A stretch of DNA of 64,000 nucleotides, taken from assembly GCA_045578325.1 (NCBI GenBank), contig JAZNJZ010000033.1, forward strand, positions 38,224 to 102,223, written 5' to 3'. Source of the DNA: Eubacterium sp. (lineage in GTDB: Bacteria; Bacillota; Clostridia; Lachnospirales; Lachnospiraceae). This document shows, one piece after another, positions 27,748-39,154 of the stretch (within the stretch, counting starts at the first letter, position 1; every line of letters begins with the position of its first letter). A model generated the notes under the pieces. It saw only the letters and a list, made by a program, of their open reading frames with translations, was not told where the DNA came from and ran no database searches. The translations under genes were made by a program, and so were the position numbers.

Positions 27748-28256
27748 TGGTTCATCCCCTTATTTTGCATTTGCATTGCTTTCCATTTCTTAATTGTTTT
27801 CCATATTGCAAATCCGATACACACTCCTCCTACTACCACACAAACAATACCCGCAGGAACTGGTGAATCCCCTCCTAATACCTTCACTCGTGGTGCAAAT
27901 ATTACAACGCAACCAAATCCTACAAATCCAATCCCAAACATCGCCTGATAGAGCGCATACATAATCAATTGTATTCTTTTCAAAGCTAACTCCATTGCTT
28001 TTGTTGCATTTTCATCACCCACATTTTTTTCCCTTTTTATTTCTGCAATAAACCAAAAAATATTTTGCAAAAAATAGACAACAAAACTTAGTGACAGAAT
28101 CAGAAATAGCATCCACATAACCATAGCGAGACCAGATGCCGTGCTCTTCTCTGCATTGGTCCAATTTGATTCCAATCTTTCCACTGCCGGCAGAACTTGG
28201 ATTAATACCACCACCGAAATTATCGCTTGTATTAAATATCGTGATCCCTTTTTCAT
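27744..28256 (-). CDS. Hypothetical membrane protein
   Basis: Four hydrophobic segments; AAGGAAGG RBS. Confidence 0.7.
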   Translation of the reverse strand: MKKGSRYLIQAIISVVVLIQVLPAVERLESNWTNAEKSTASGLAMVMWMLFLILSLSFVVYFLQNIFWFIAEIKREKNVGDENATKAMELALKRIQLIMYALYQAMFGIGFVGFGCVVIFAPRVKVLGGDSPVPAGIVCVVVGGVCIGFAIWKTIKKWKAMQMQNKGMNQ

Positions 28257-28328
28257 ATATGTCCCTTCCTTTTTCAACAAATTTGTATTTATTATAACAT
28301 CGATCATGTGGATTCTGCAACACGTACG

Positions 28329-28362
28329 AAAGGCGGTACAACCTTTCGGTCATACCGCCTGA
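28329..28362 (-). terminator. Intrinsic terminator of the alpha operon
   Basis: AGGCGGTA...TACCGCCT stem directly downstream of rplQ. Confidence 0.7.
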
Positions 28363-28381
28363 AAAATTCTAGTCTACAATT

Positions 28382-28918
28382 TTATACAAGTTCAATTACA
28401 ACTTCCATTGCAGCATCGCCCTTACGAGGTCCGATCTTGATGATTCTTGTGTAACCACCTTTACGGTCTGCATATTTAGGAGCGATTTCATCAAACAATT
28501 TGCTTGCGATATCAACTTTAACAGTTCCTTTTTTCTTACCAGCTGTAGTATTAGGAACTTCTGTGATGCCATAAAGCATTTTGTTCATCTGACGTCTAGC
28601 GTGAATTCTAGATGGAGCCTCTTTTTTGATCTCTTTGTCAACTGTATCAAATACAGTAACTTTCTTTCCATCTACAACTTCTTTAACGCGTTTTCCGTCT
28701 TTATCTTTCTGAGCTACTTTAGCTTTTACTGTAACAGTTTCATAGTTATCTTTCTCGCGAACTGCAAGAGTAATCATATGCTCAGCAATTCTGCGGATTT
28801 CTTTTGCTTTTGCCTCTGTTGTAACAATTTTTCCATGATAAAGAAGATTTGTTACCTGGTTACGAAGCAAGGCTTTTCTCTGGCTGGAAGTTCTTCCAAG
28901 CTTTCTATATCCTGCCAT
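28382..28918 (-). CDS. rplQ: 50S ribosomal protein L17 (with internal insertion)
   Basis: [41 protein letters not shown]. Confidence 0.96.
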   Translation of the reverse strand: MAGYRKLGRTSSQRKALLRNQVTNLLYHGKIVTTEAKAKEIRRIAEHMITLAVREKDNYETVTVKAKVAQKDKDGKRVKEVVDGKKVTVFDTVDKEIKKEAPSRIHARRQMNKMLYGITEVPNTTAGKKKGTVKVDIASKLFDEIAPKYADRKGGYTRIIKIGPRKGDAAMEVVIELV

Positions 28919-28935
28919 TTCTATTTCCTCCTTGA

Positions 28936-29898
28936 TTATTCTTCACTTGACTTCAGTGACAATCCAAGTTCTTTCAACTTAGCAAGTACTTCTTCGAGAG
29001 ATTTACGTCCCAAGTTACGAACTTTCATCATATCGTCAGCTGTTTTTTTTGTGAGTTCTTCTACCGTGTTGATTCCTGCTCTCTTCAAACAGTTGTAGGA
29101 ACGAACGGACAACTCCAGCTCATCAATATTCAGTTCGAGAACCTTAACGGATTCATCCTCTTCCTTCTCTACGATAACCTCAGCCATCTTCGCTTTCTCA
29201 GACAAGTCAATGAATGTGTTCAAATGCTCACTCATAACTTTCGCAGCAAGGCTGATTGCCTCATCTGGCTCAAGTGTTCCATTTGTAAATACATCCAATG
29301 TCAATTTATCAAAGTCAGTAATCTGGCCAACTCGTGTGTTTTCGATTGAGATATTTACTCTCTCAATTGGAGTAAATATGGAATCAATTGGAATAACGTC
29401 AATCGCCATTTCTTCTCTCTTGTTCTTATCAGAACTTACATATCCACGACCGTTTACAACAGTCATTTCTATGTAGAGCTTACAGTCAGCTCCACCATTC
29501 AATGTAGCGATTACCTGATCTTGATTAATAATCTCAAGATCAGAATCGCATTTGATATCTGCTGCTGTAACTACGCCCTCGCCGTGAGCATCAATATACA
29601 TTGTCTTTGTCTCGCTAAGATTATCACTGTTGTTCTTAATTGCAAGACTCTTGATGTTCATAACAATCTCAGTCACATCTTCTTTTACACCTGGGATTGC
29701 GCTGAATTCGTGCACAACACCATCAATCTTGATGTGGCTTACTGCTGTTCCTGGCAAAGATGAGAGCATAATTCGTCTCAAAGAATTACCCAAAGTTGTT
29801 CCGTATCCTCTTTCAAGTGGTTCTACTACAAAACGTCCATATTTCTTATCTTCAGAAATTTCTGCAATTTCAATTCTAGGCTTTTCAAATTCAAACAC
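28936..29898 (-). CDS. rpoA: RNA polymerase alpha subunit
   Basis: [24 protein letters not shown]; [19 protein letters not shown]. Confidence 0.98.
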   Translation of the reverse strand: MFEFEKPRIEIAEISEDKKYGRFVVEPLERGYGTTLGNSLRRIMLSSLPGTAVSHIKIDGVVHEFSAIPGVKEDVTEIVMNIKSLAIKNNSDNLSETKTMYIDAHGEGVVTAADIKCDSDLEIINQDQVIATLNGGADCKLYIEMTVVNGRGYVSSDKNKREEMAIDVIPIDSIFTPIERVNISIENTRVGQITDFDKLTLDVFTNGTLEPDEAISLAAKVMSEHLNTFIDLSEKAKMAEVIVEKEEDESVKVLELNIDELELSVRSYNCLKRAGINTVEELTKKTADDMMKVRNLGRKSLEEVLAKLKELGLSLKSSEE

Positions 29899-29927
29899 TC
29901 TAGGACCCTCCTTTTGGGTTTAGTTAA

Positions 29928-30521
29928 TTACTTGGAGTACAACTCGACGATAAGCACTTCGTTTACAGGTACATCAATCTCAGCTCTTGTAGGAACCTGA
30001 GTAATTGTTCCTTTGAGATTTTCCTGGTCAGCCTCTAACCAAGCTGGCACCATACGGGAACCTGTAACTTCAAGAATATCTTTGTATCTCTGTGCTCCCT
30101 TAAATTTTTCTTTGATTTCGATAACGTCACCGGCTTTTACCTGATAAGAAGGAATGTTAACCGTTTTACCATTTACTGTTACGTGTTTGTGGTCAACGAT
30201 CTGTCTTGCTTCTTTTCTTGTTCTACCATAACCAAGACGGAACATTACATTGTCAAGTCTCAGCTCAAGGAGAATCATAAGGTTTTCACCAACTGTACCG
30301 TATTTCAATTTCTGAGCCTTTGCGAAGTAGTTACGGAAAGGCTTCTCAAGTACACCATATATAAATTTAGCTTTCTGTTTCTCTTTCAACTGCATACCGT
30401 ACTCACTGAGTTTTCTTCCGGTTCTTGCACTTCTATTAGATTTCTTGTCGATTCCAAGATATACTGGATCAAGATCAAGAGATCTACATCTTTTCAAAAC
30501 AGGCGTCATATCTCTAGCCAT
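29928..30521 (-). CDS. rpsD: 30S ribosomal protein S4
   Basis: LSEYG.QLKEKQK, LELRLDNV.FRLG, VNGKTVNIPSY. Confidence 0.97.
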   Translation of the reverse strand: MARDMTPVLKRCRSLDLDPVYLGIDKKSNRSARTGRKLSEYGMQLKEKQKAKFIYGVLEKPFRNYFAKAQKLKYGTVGENLMILLELRLDNVMFRLGYGRTRKEARQIVDHKHVTVNGKTVNIPSYQVKAGDVIEIKEKFKGAQRYKDILEVTGSRMVPAWLEADQENLKGTITQVPTRAEIDVPVNEVLIVELYSK

Positions 30522-30541
30522 TTTAATTCCTCCTAATCAAA

Positions 30542-30937
30542 TTAAACTCTTCTACGTTTCGGTGGTCTACAACCATTGTGTGGAACTGGTGTTACGTCCT
30601 GGATGCTTGTTACTTCGATTCCGCAAGCCTGAATTGCACGGATTGCAGCTTCTCTACCTGAACCAGGTCCCTTTACCATTACCTCTACTGATTTCAAACC
30701 ATGTGGCAATGCAGCTTTTGCTGCTGTCTCTGCAGCCATCTGAGCTGCGTATGGAGTGGATTTTCTAGAACCTCTGAATCCAAGTCCACCTGCACTTGCC
30801 CAGGAAATTGCATTTCCCTGCATGTCGGTCAGTGTTACGATTGTATTATTAAAAGATGACTGAATGTGCGCTTGTCCGCGGTCAATATTCTTTTTGACAC
30901 GCTTCTTTGTCACTTTTTTTGCAACTTTCTTAGCCAT
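30542..30937 (-). CDS. rpsK: 30S ribosomal protein S11
   Basis: [42 protein letters not shown]. Confidence 0.98.
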   Translation of the reverse strand: MAKKVAKKVTKKRVKKNIDRGQAHIQSSFNNTIVTLTDMQGNAISWASAGGLGFRGSRKSTPYAAQMAAETAAKAALPHGLKSVEVMVKGPGSGREAAIRAIQACGIEVTSIQDVTPVPHNGCRPPKRRRV

Positions 30938-30954
30938 TGACAAAACCTCCTATA

Positions 30955-31323
30955 TTATTTCTTCTTATTTGCTACTGTACGCTTAGGACCTTTTCTTGTT
31001 CTAGCGTTTGTCTTTGTCTTCTGTCCACGAACTGGAAGACCTTTTCTGTGACGAATTCCTCTGTAGCATCCGATTTCCTGTAATCTCTTGATGTTCAAAG
31101 CGATTTCTCTACGAAGATCACCCTCAACAGTCTGAGTTCTGTCAATAACGTCACGGATTTTAGCAACATCTTCGTCGCTCAAATCTTTACAACGAATGTC
31201 TGGATCTACGTTTGCTTCTGCCAAGATACGCTTGGAGCTTGCAACGCCGATACCGTAAATATAGGTAAGACCTATCTCTACACGTTTTTCTCTTGGTAAA
31301 TCTACACCACTGATACGAGCCAT
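30955..31323 (-). CDS. rpsM: 30S ribosomal protein S13
   Basis: [37 protein letters not shown]. Confidence 0.98.
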   Translation of the reverse strand: MARISGVDLPREKRVEIGLTYIYGIGVASSKRILAEANVDPDIRCKDLSDEDVAKIRDVIDRTQTVEGDLRREIALNIKRLQEIGCYRGIRHRKGLPVRGQKTKTNARTRKGPKRTVANKKK

Positions 31324-31368
31324 GTGTATTTACACCTCCATTTAAATTTTAAAAAATAAATTGTAACT

Positions 31369-31488
31369 GAGAGTTTGCGTTAGCAAATCTCTCGCGGAAT
31401 GAACGAATTCACCTCCGCTCCATTTGAAGAAGCTTTGCTTCTTCTGAGGAACTTTCTTCGAAAGTTCTGCGGAACACTTTGTGTTCCG
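31369..31488. repeat. Cluster of short perfect hairpins in the rpmJ-rpsM gap
   Basis: GAAGAAGC-ttt-GCTTCTTC (31426-31444), GAACTTTC-ttc-GAAAGTTC (31449-31467), CGGAACAC-ttt-GTGTTCCG (31470-31488). Confidence 0.7.
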
Positions 31489-31703
31489 TGCAGCCGCTTT
31501 AAATCACAACAGCATCACAAACCAAGAACCACTTTCTTCATCTATAATAATGAAGAAACTCTGTGGAGAAAAATCTGCAACGCCTCTTGTCATGATATCA
31601 CAGTCCCATTATGACGGTAATGGGTTTCTGTAACACAGAAAGCAAGACTTATATAAGCACGAAAAGAACCTAAAGGTGTCCTTTAGGTCTCTCTGATATA
31701 TTC

Positions 31704-31817
31704 TTAGCCCTGTCTTTGTTTGTGTTTTGGATTCTCACAGATTACTCTGATACGACCCTTTCTTTTAATTACTTTGCATTTCTCGCAAATTGGTTTTACT
31801 GATGATCTAACCTTCAC
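31704..31817 (-). CDS. rpmJ: 50S ribosomal protein L36 (not in ORF track)
   Basis: GTG start; [37 protein letters not shown]; AGGAGG RBS. Confidence 0.97.
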   Translation of the reverse strand: MKVRSSVKPICEKCKVIKRKGRIRVICENPKHKQRQG

Positions 31818-31910
31818 AGTAATAACCTCCTTTCACATGGTTGACATGTTTTTTGCAAATGCCTGATTTTTCAGACACTTCGACCCTCGTCAAGCGAAAG
31901 TCCATTGATA

Positions 31911-31939
31911 AGTTTATCATAGAATCTCTTGGATTGCAA
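31911..31939 (-). promoter_or_regulatory. SigA promoter of rpmJ/alpha operon
   Basis: TTGCAA (31939-31934), 17 nt, TGaTAAACT extended -10 (31916-31911). Confidence 0.65.
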
Positions 31940-32051
31940 GCACTTTTTTTACTTTTCTTTCTTTTTATAAATCATTTGTAATATTGTCTCTATATTTCGT
32001 GAGTGGTTATGTTCCCATGTTGTCATTAAAACATATCAAAAAAAATACATC

Positions 32052-32315
32052 CTATCTCTGCGAACAGGATTCTGCTTTTTTTATCATTTCGGATAAAAAG
32101 AAAATTTGGAGCTTTCTTATCCTACTTTCTTGGACTCCAAATGACATTTTGCTATGTTTTTCATCCTTGCAGTAGGATAAGATACTAGATTTGTTATATT
32201 TTATCCCACCTTTTTCATATTCCGTGCTTAATATACCATCCTTTCCCCCATATACATAGGATAATTCTCCATTTATTTCTTCTTTTATCCGAAAATATCT
32301 TGACAATTTAAACAT
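32052..32315 (-). CDS. AT-rich orphan ORF or gene fragment between infA and rpmJ
   Basis: 87-aa ORF, no clear RBS, no recognised family. Confidence 0.35.
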   Translation of the reverse strand: MFKLSRYFRIKEEINGELSYVYGGKDGILSTEYEKGGIKYNKSSILSYCKDEKHSKMSFGVQESRIRKLQIFFLSEMIKKAESCSQR

Positions 32316-32409
32316 TTTCGTCTTAAACGCATAAATTTCAAGGATAGAAATTTACCTTTTATTCTTTTTATCCTACATCATCAAAAGTGAGCAGCCTTGG
32401 AAGCCCCCG

Positions 32410-32590
32410 CAACAAGGTCGCTTTCGCGTTTTAGCGTCTTGCCTTCGGCAATCATAGCCCATCGCAGATGGGCTTTACGCGGACATTCGCCGAATGTCCG
32501 CGTAAAATCAAAAAGAGCAACTCATCTGCAAGGAAACTTGCACGAGTCACTCTTTTCGCTTTAATCAAACGCTCGGCTCAAAGTCTTCGC
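32410..32590. repeat. Hairpin cluster after the infA stop
   Basis: TTGCC-ttc-GGCAA, AGCCCATC-gca-GATGGGCT, and a perfect 15-bp stem TTTACGCGGACATTC-gcc-GAATGTCCGCGTAAA (32474-32506). Confidence 0.7.
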
Positions 32591-32592
32591 GA

Positions 32593-32811
32593 TTATTTGT
32601 CCCTCCAAACGATACGTCCTTTGGTGAGATCGTATGGAGACAGTTCAAGGGTTACTTTGTCTCCTGGTAAGATACGGATGAAGTTCATACGAAGCTTTCC
32701 ACTGATATGTGCCAAAACCTTGTGGCCATTCTCAAGCTCTACCTGAAACATTGCGTTAGGAAGCTTCTCTACAACCGTTCCTTCGATTTCAATTACATCT
32801 GCTTTTGACAT
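32593..32811 (-). CDS. infA: Translation initiation factor IF-1
   Basis: [23 protein letters not shown]...[16 protein letters not shown]. Confidence 0.98.
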   Translation of the reverse strand: MSKADVIEIEGTVVEKLPNAMFQVELENGHKVLAHISGKLRMNFIRILPGDKVTLELSPYDLTKGRIVWRDK

Positions 32812-32838
32812 ATATTAACTCTCCTTCTAAAAAACTGC

Positions 32839-33588
32839 TTAAAGTGACAAGATTTCCGGATCACCTTCTGTGATCAATACGGTGTTTTCATAATGTGCAG
32901 ACTTTGTACCATCTCTGGTAACAACTGTCCAGTCATCTTCCAGAATCCATACTTTCCAATCTCCTGCATTTACCATTGGCTCGATTGCCAATGTCATGCC
33001 CGGTCTCAATTTCGGACCTCTTCCAATCGGCTTAAAGTTCGGAATCTGTGGTTCTTCGTGTAGGCTACTTCCAATTCCATGTCCTACAAGATCACGGACA
33101 ATGGAAAAGCCATAACTCTCCACATATTTTTGAATCGCCTGAGAAATATCATGCAAATGATTTCCGGCAACTGCCATCTTGATTCCTTCAAAAAAGCTCT
33201 GCTTTGTCACTTCGATCAATTGTTTATCGGCATCGCTAAGAGTTCCAACACCATAGCTTCGCGCCGCATCGGAGTGATAACCTTCGTAGATAACGCCTGC
33301 GTCCAGACTTACGATGTCACCCTCCTCTAGTCTTCTGGAATCTGTCGGAATTCCGTGAACCACTTCGTCATTTACAGATACGCAGATGGAAGCTGGGTAT
33401 CCTTCATAATTCAAAAAGGACGGAATACAACCAGCTTTACGGATTAACTCCTCTCCCTTTCGGTCTATGTCCATTGTAGTGATTCCCGGCGCGATAATTT
33501 CACTTAACTGATTGTGAACGTCAGCAAGAATTTTTCCTGCTTCCCTCATCAATACAATTTCCCGTTCAGATTTAATTGTAATAGCCAT
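32839..33588 (-). CDS. map: Methionine aminopeptidase, type I
   Basis: CVSVNDEVVHGIP, DIVSLDAG, GHGIG..LHEEP, LAIEPMVN, SAHYENT. Confidence 0.97.
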   Translation of the reverse strand: MAITIKSEREIVLMREAGKILADVHNQLSEIIAPGITTMDIDRKGEELIRKAGCIPSFLNYEGYPASICVSVNDEVVHGIPTDSRRLEEGDIVSLDAGVIYEGYHSDAARSYGVGTLSDADKQLIEVTKQSFFEGIKMAVAGNHLHDISQAIQKYVESYGFSIVRDLVGHGIGSSLHEEPQIPNFKPIGRGPKLRPGMTLAIEPMVNAGDWKVWILEDDWTVVTRDGTKSAHYENTVLITEGDPEILSL

Positions 33589-33612
33589 AATTATGTCTCT
33601 CCATTTTTATGA

Positions 33613-34257
33613 TTACTTTTCCAGAAGTTTTACAATTTCTTCAAATACAACTTCCAAGTCAACAGTTCCGTCTACCTCTTCCAAAATTCCTTCTTTGGTG
33701 TAGTAGTCGATCAAAGGCTGTGTCTGATTGTGATATACTTCAAGACGCTGCTGTACCGTCTCTGGCTTATCATCATCTCTCAAAATCAAGTCACCACCAC
33801 ATGCATCACAAACACCCTCTGTTTTTGTTGGGTTATATTTTATATGGTATGTTCCACCGCAACCTACACAGGCACGTCTTCCTGACATTCTGCGGATAAT
33901 ATTCTCATCTGGTACTTCTACATTGATGGCATAATCCATTTTCTCACCAATCTTTGCCAAAGCCTCGGTCAATGCCTCAGCCTGAGGAATGGTACGTGGG
34001 AAACCATCCAGAACGTATCCTTTCTTTGCATCATCCTGCGCAAGACGATCAACTACCAAATCTACAACCAATTCATCTGGCACAAGAAGACCTTGATCCA
34101 TATATGTTTTTGCTTTCTGTCCAAGCTCTGTATTTTCTTTAATGTTTGCACGGAAAATATCCCCTGTTGAAATATGAGGAATTCCATACTTTTCAGAAAT
34201 TTTCTTTGCCTGTGTTCCTTTGCCCGCACCTGGAGCACCTAACATTACGATTTTCAT
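33613..34257 (-). CDS. adk: Adenylate kinase
   Basis: [30 protein letters not shown] with C..C...C..C. Confidence 0.98.
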   Translation of the reverse strand: MKIVMLGAPGAGKGTQAKKISEKYGIPHISTGDIFRANIKENTELGQKAKTYMDQGLLVPDELVVDLVVDRLAQDDAKKGYVLDGFPRTIPQAEALTEALAKIGEKMDYAINVEVPDENIIRRMSGRRACVGCGGTYHIKYNPTKTEGVCDACGGDLILRDDDKPETVQQRLEVYHNQTQPLIDYYTKEGILEEVDGTVDLEVVFEEIVKLLEK

Positions 34258-34377
34258 TTTGAAACACCATACCTTTCTCTAAAATATAGGAAAAGAGGCA
34301 AACAACCATACGAAAATACCGAAGTATTTTCGTAGGCCGATCCCCTTTTTATCTGTTGCAGATACTCAATCTGAGTC

Positions 34378-35709
34378 TTATCCCAAGAAACCTTTGTAGT
34401 TACGTACAAGCAACTGAGACTCGATCTGCTTCAATGTTTCGATGATAACACCAACGATAATGATCAATGATGTACCTGTAAAGGATACATTTGCTCCGAA
34501 TACTCCAGAGAATACAATTGGAAGTACACAGACAATAACCATTGCTACAGCACCGATGAAAATGATGCTGTTAAGTACATTTGTAAGGTACTCTGTCGTT
34601 GGTTTACCAGGACGAATTCCTGGAATGAATCCACCCTGTTTCTTCATGTTATTAGAAATCTCAAGTGGATTAAATGTTACTGAGGTGTAGAAATATGCAA
34701 AGAAGATTACCAATGCAATATATACAAGCAATCCCAATGTATATTTGAACTCTCCCCAAGATGTGATGTTGCACCAACTTCCCTGGTTGCAAACCTTGAT
34801 CAATTTCTGAATCAAGCTAGCACCTTCACCAGAAGCTGGCTGCACTCCTGCAAAGCTTGCGATAACAACCGGAAGCTGAAGCATGGAGCTTGCAAAGATT
34901 ACTGGAATAACTCCAGCTGTATTTACCTTCAAAGGAATATGACTTGACTGACCGCCAAACATCTTTCTTCCCTGCATTTTTTTCGCATACTGAACAGGAA
35001 TCTTACGTTCACCGTCCTGAAGCCAAACGATAAATACGAACATTGCAATAATAATTGCAAGAATAATTGCAGCTGCTAAAACTGCATTTGTAACGTTTGC
35101 TGCACCCTTTACAAACTGGTTGTAAAGAGTAATCAAGTCGCTTGGAATACGAGCCACGATATTGATCAACAAGATCATGGATGTACCGTTTCCAACGCCT
35201 TTTTCCGTCATCTGCTCACCGAACCACATCATGAATGCAGCACCTGCTGTCAAAGCAACAACTGCAAGGATGATTGGTGTATAACCCTCTTCGGTGAAAA
35301 GATTCTGATTACGGAAACCAATGATAATTGCTACACCTTCCACAATAGCCAGCACGACGGAAAGATATCTTGTGTACTCGTTGAGTTTCTTTCTTCCATC
35401 TTCACCATCTTTCTGCATCTCCTCCAAACGAGGAATCGCAATAGTGAGAAGCTGAATAATAATGGATGCGGTGATGTATGGTGTAATATTCAATGCAAAG
35501 ATGGACATTCTTGTGAATGAACCTCCTGTCATTACATCCAGGAATCCAAGAGCCTGATTATTCTCAAATATCTCTTGGATTACGTTAGCGTTAACACCTG
35601 GAACTGGAATATTACAACCAATACGAACAACAATAAGTCCCATAAAAATGAATAACAATTTATTACGGATTTCTTTTGTCTTAAACGCATTCTTTATTGT
35701 TTCAAGCAT
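34378..35709 (-). CDS. secY: Preprotein translocase SecY
   Basis: SIFALNITPYITASII.QLL, GVGNG.S, IPLKVN.AGVIPVIFA, GGFIPGIRPG. Confidence 0.98.
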   Translation of the reverse strand: MLETIKNAFKTKEIRNKLLFIFMGLIVVRIGCNIPVPGVNANVIQEIFENNQALGFLDVMTGGSFTRMSIFALNITPYITASIIIQLLTIAIPRLEEMQKDGEDGRKKLNEYTRYLSVVLAIVEGVAIIIGFRNQNLFTEEGYTPIILAVVALTAGAAFMMWFGEQMTEKGVGNGTSMILLINIVARIPSDLITLYNQFVKGAANVTNAVLAAAIILAIIIAMFVFIVWLQDGERKIPVQYAKKMQGRKMFGGQSSHIPLKVNTAGVIPVIFASSMLQLPVVIASFAGVQPASGEGASLIQKLIKVCNQGSWCNITSWGEFKYTLGLLVYIALVIFFAYFYTSVTFNPLEISNNMKKQGGFIPGIRPGKPTTEYLTNVLNSIIFIGAVAMVIVCVLPIVFSGVFGANVSFTGTSLIIIVGVIIETLKQIESQLLVRNYKGFLG

Positions 35710-36149
35710 TAGATCACCTCTGCTTTTCCACCAACTGCCTGAATTTTTTCAGCTGCACTCTTACTGAATGCGTTTACTTTCACATCAAGCTTTTTGGTTA
35801 ATTCTCCATTTCCAAGAATTTTTACTCCATCCTTAGGATTTTTAACGATACCCTTTTCTACGAGAGTCTCAATTGTTACCTCTGCTCCATCCTCAAATAC
35901 ATTGAGACGATCAAGTCCGATTGCAACAATTTCTTTACTATTTATATTTGTAAAACCTCTCTTAGGCAATCTTCTGTACAATGGCAGCTGACCACCCTCG
36001 AAACCTGGTCTAGGTGCGCCGGAACGTGCTTTCTGTCCTTTGTGACCCTTACCAGCTGTTTTACCATTTCCTGAACCGTGTCCACGACCGCGTCTGAACT
36101 CGTCGCTGTGCTTAGAACCAGCTGCAGGTTTTAATTCTGATAAATTCAT
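35709..36149 (-). CDS. rplO: 50S ribosomal protein L15
   Basis: [44 protein letters not shown]. Confidence 0.98.
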   Translation of the reverse strand: MNLSELKPAAGSKHSDEFRRGRGHGSGNGKTAGKGHKGQKARSGAPRPGFEGGQLPLYRRLPKRGFTNINSKEIVAIGLDRLNVFEDGAEVTIETLVEKGIVKNPKDGVKILGNGELTKKLDVKVNAFSKSAAEKIQAVGGKAEVI

Positions 36150-36173
36150 GGTTTTGGCACCTCCTTGTTATGA

Positions 36174-36356
36174 TTAGATTTCTTCAACTTTTACTAAGTG
36201 TCTTACTTGCTGAATCATTCCACGAACAGCAGCGTTGTCTGGCATCTCAACTGTTTTGTTGAGCTTTCTAAGACCAAGAGCCTCTACTGTTGCTCTGTGT
36301 TTTGGAATGGCACCAATGGTAGACTTAACTAAAGTAATTTTCAATTTATTTGCCAT
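36174..36356 (-). CDS. rpmD: 50S ribosomal protein L30
   Basis: LKITLVKSTIG...TVEALGLRK...VRGMI..V.HLV. Confidence 0.96.
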   Translation of the reverse strand: MANKLKITLVKSTIGAIPKHRATVEALGLRKLNKTVEMPDNAAVRGMIQQVRHLVKVEEI

Positions 36357-36369
36357 GATTCGGTACCTC

Positions 36370-36879
36370 CTAACCTAAAACTTCTTCTACGGAAAGTCCA
36401 CGGAGTTTAGCAACCTCTTCAGGTGTCTTAAGTTCGTTCAAACCAGCAAGTGTAGCAAGTACTACGTTCTGCTTGTTACGAGATCCGAGAGACTTTGTAC
36501 GGATGTTTTTGTATCCTGCAAGCTCCAGCACGTTACGAGCTGGACCACCAGCGATGATACCGGTACCTTCTGCAGACTTCTTCATAAGAACTTCGGCACT
36601 ACCGAATTTTCCAATGTAATCATGTGGAATACTTCCATTCTCGTCGATTGGTACTTCGATGAGCTTCTTCATAGCGTCCTCTTTTCCCTTACGAATTGCC
36701 TCTGGAATTTCCATAGCTTTTCCTAAACCTGCACCAACATGTCCGTTGCCGTCACCAACTACTACGAGAGCAGTAAATCTAAAGTTACGACCACCCTTAA
36801 CAACCTTGGTAACACGTTTAATTGATACTACTTTATCTTCTAATTCAAACTGACTAGCATCAATAATTTCACGTTTCAT
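36370..36879 (-). CDS. rpsE: 30S ribosomal protein S5
   Basis: [31 protein letters not shown]. Confidence 0.98.
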   Translation of the reverse strand: MKREIIDASQFELEDKVVSIKRVTKVVKGGRNFRFTALVVVGDGNGHVGAGLGKAMEIPEAIRKGKEDAMKKLIEVPIDENGSIPHDYIGKFGSAEVLMKKSAEGTGIIAGGPARNVLELAGYKNIRTKSLGSRNKQNVVLATLAGLNELKTPEEVAKLRGLSVEEVLG

Positions 36880-36895
36880 GAGTTTTCCTCCTTGC

Positions 36896-37264
36896 TTAGA
36901 ATTGAAGACCAGCTTCTCTAGCTGCATCTGCTAATGCTTTTACTTTACCCTGATAAATATAACCGCCACGGTCGAATACAACTTCTTTGATACCGTTGTC
37001 CAATGCTTTCTTAGCAATAACAGTACCCAATTTTGTAGCAGCTTCAACATTATTTGTCTTATCGAGGCCTTCCTTCACATCACCCTGAAGAGTAGATGCA
37101 GAAACAATCGTATTACCAGCTACGTCATCAATAATCTGAGCGTACATGTGATTGTTACTACGGAATACTGCCAAACGTGGTCTCTCAGGAGTTCCGGACA
37201 AACGGCTACGTAATCTTCTATGTTTGTTTCTGCGAACGTCGCTTCTGTTTATTTTACTAACCAT
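36896..37264 (-). CDS. rplR: 50S ribosomal protein L18
   Basis: [42 protein letters not shown]. Confidence 0.98.
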   Translation of the reverse strand: MVSKINRSDVRRNKHRRLRSRLSGTPERPRLAVFRSNNHMYAQIIDDVAGNTIVSASTLQGDVKEGLDKTNNVEAATKLGTVIAKKALDNGIKEVVFDRGGYIYQGKVKALADAAREAGLQF

Positions 37265-37281
37265 TCTTATTTACTCCTTTC

Positions 37282-37824
37282 TTATTTCTTACCAGTCTTA
37301 CCAACTTTACGTCTGATTACCTCATCAGAGTACTTAATACCTTTACCTTTGTATGGCTCAGGTTTTCTCTTCTCTCTGATCTCAGCCGCATACTGGCCAA
37401 CTTTTTCTTTATCAATTCCCTTAACAATGATAAGGTTCTGACCGTCAACAGTAACTTCCAATCCTTCTGGATCTGTCATCTCTACTGGATGGGAATATCC
37501 AAGAGACAATACAAGTTTGTTACCCTGTTTAGCAGCTCTGTAACCAACACCGTTAACCTCAAGCTTCTTTTCATAACCTTCTGTTACACCAATGATCATG
37601 TTGTTGATCAATGTTCTTGTCAATCCGTGAAGGGATTTCATTTTCTTCAAATCGTTTGGACGAGTAACTTTGATTTCCTCTCCGTCCTTCTCGATGTTCA
37701 TTTCCGCAGGCAATACTCTCTCAAGAGTTCCCTTTGGTCCTTTTACTGTCACCTTATTATTTTCTGCAATATCTACAGTTACTCCTGCAGGTACCGCGAT
37801 AGGCAATCTTCCAATTCGTGACAT
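37282..37824 (-). CDS. rplF: 50S ribosomal protein L6
   Basis: [33 protein letters not shown]. Confidence 0.98.
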   Translation of the reverse strand: MSRIGRLPIAVPAGVTVDIAENNKVTVKGPKGTLERVLPAEMNIEKDGEEIKVTRPNDLKKMKSLHGLTRTLINNMIIGVTEGYEKKLEVNGVGYRAAKQGNKLVLSLGYSHPVEMTDPEGLEVTVDGQNLIIVKGIDKEKVGQYAAEIREKRKPEPYKGKGIKYSDEVIRRKVGKTGKK

Positions 37825-37889
37825 CTTGCCGTACCTCCTATATATTTTTACTAGGTTAATTTGTTACTATATATTTTAATCTAGCATCT

Positions 37890-37977
37890 GACTGCTTACG
37901 CAGTCATCTGCTTGCTTGACTCAGCATATCGCAAGTTCACCTAAGTGAACTTGCTAGGTTTTGCTTTAGCGAAACCT
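37890..37977. repeat. Hairpin cluster after the rpsH stop
   Basis: GACTGC-ttac-GCAGTC (37890-37905), GCAAGTTCAC-ctaa-GTGAACTTGC (37931-37954), AGGTTTTGC-ttta-GCGAAACCT (37956-37977). Confidence 0.7.
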
Positions 37978-38378
37978 TACCATACGAATGCCAATACTTC
38001 TCCACCAACGTTGTTCTTGCGTGCTTCTTTGTCTGTCATCACGCCTTTGTTTGTAGAGATGATAGCGATTCCAAGACCACCAAGAACTTTAGGAAGCTCC
38101 TCTGTGCTTGCGTAAACACGAAGACCTGGCTTAGAGATTCTCTTCAAACCAGAGATGATCTTTTCATTCTTATCTTTACCATATTTCAATGTGATGTGAA
38201 TTGTATTAAATCCATCAACCTCAATGATTTCGAAGTTCTTGATATATCCTTCCTTCAAAAGAATCTCTGCGATAGCAGTTTTCATTTTTGAAGCAGGAAC
38301 ATCAACTGTATCATGCTTAGCAGTATTTGCATTACGGATTCTTGTAAGCATATCTGCAATAGGATCGCTCATTGTCAT
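37977..38378 (-). CDS. rpsH: 30S ribosomal protein S8
   Basis: [39 protein letters not shown]. Confidence 0.98.
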   Translation of the reverse strand: MTMSDPIADMLTRIRNANTAKHDTVDVPASKMKTAIAEILLKEGYIKNFEIIEVDGFNTIHITLKYGKDKNEKIISGLKRISKPGLRVYASTEELPKVLGGLGIAIISTNKGVMTDKEARKNNVGGEVLAFVW

Positions 38379-38391
38379 TTGATTTTCCTCC

Positions 38392-38577
38392 TTACCAACT
38401 AGCTTTCTTAACTCCTGGGATCTGACCTTTGTATGCCAACTCACGGAAGCAGATTCTGCAAATTCCGTACTTTCTCAAGTAAGCATGTGGACGACCACAG
38501 ATTTTACAACGGCTGTACTCTCTTGTGGAGAATTTAGCCTTACGCTGCTGCTTAACCTTCATAGACGTTTTAGCCAT
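38392..38577 (-). CDS. rpsN: 30S ribosomal protein S14, zinc-binding type
   Basis: RCKICGRPH...[10 protein letters not shown]. Confidence 0.97.
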   Translation of the reverse strand: MAKTSMKVKQQRKAKFSTREYSRCKICGRPHAYLRKYGICRICFRELAYKGQIPGVKKASW

Positions 38578-38593
38578 GAATAAACCCTCCTAA

Positions 38594-39133
38594 CTATTTC
38601 TTGAACGGCATACCAAACTGTGCCAATAATTCGCGTGCTTCTTCATCAGTCTGAGCAGTAGTAACGAAGATGATATCCATACCTCTTACTTTATCTACCT
38701 TATCGTACTCGATTTCAGGGAAGATCAACTGCTCTTTGATTCCCATTGCGTAGTTTCCGCGGCCATCGAAAGCGTTTGGATTAACACCTCTGAAGTCACG
38801 TACTCGTGGCAATGCAAGATTGATCAAACGATCTACAAACTCATACATTTTAGCACCACGAAGGGTTACTTTACATCCGATTGGCTGACCTTCACGAAGT
38901 TTGAAGTTCGCTACGGATTTCTTTGCTCTAGTTACAACAGCTTTCTGTCCTGCGATAATCTCAAGATCGCTAATTGCTGTATCGAGAACTTTTGAATTTT
39001 CCTTTGCTTCACCAACGCCCATGTTGATAACAACCTTGTCGAGCTTTGGTACTTGCATTACATTTGCATATTCGAATTTTTTCTGCATATTAGGAACGAT
39101 CTCGTTCAAATATGTCTCTTTTAATCTAGTCAC
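38594..39133 (-). CDS. rplE: 50S ribosomal protein L5
   Basis: [37 protein letters not shown]. Confidence 0.98.
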   Translation of the reverse strand: MTRLKETYLNEIVPNMQKKFEYANVMQVPKLDKVVINMGVGEAKENSKVLDTAISDLEIIAGQKAVVTRAKKSVANFKLREGQPIGCKVTLRGAKMYEFVDRLINLALPRVRDFRGVNPNAFDGRGNYAMGIKEQLIFPEIEYDKVDKVRGMDIIFVTTAQTDEEARELLAQFGMPFKK

Positions 39134-39154
39134 TAATAAGTACCTCCTCTCTCA

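Noticed and set aside
31369-37977. CRISPR array or tRNA interpretation of the intergenic hairpins
   Set aside because: No identical repeats with unique spacers, no cas genes and no cloverleaf or T-loop motifs.
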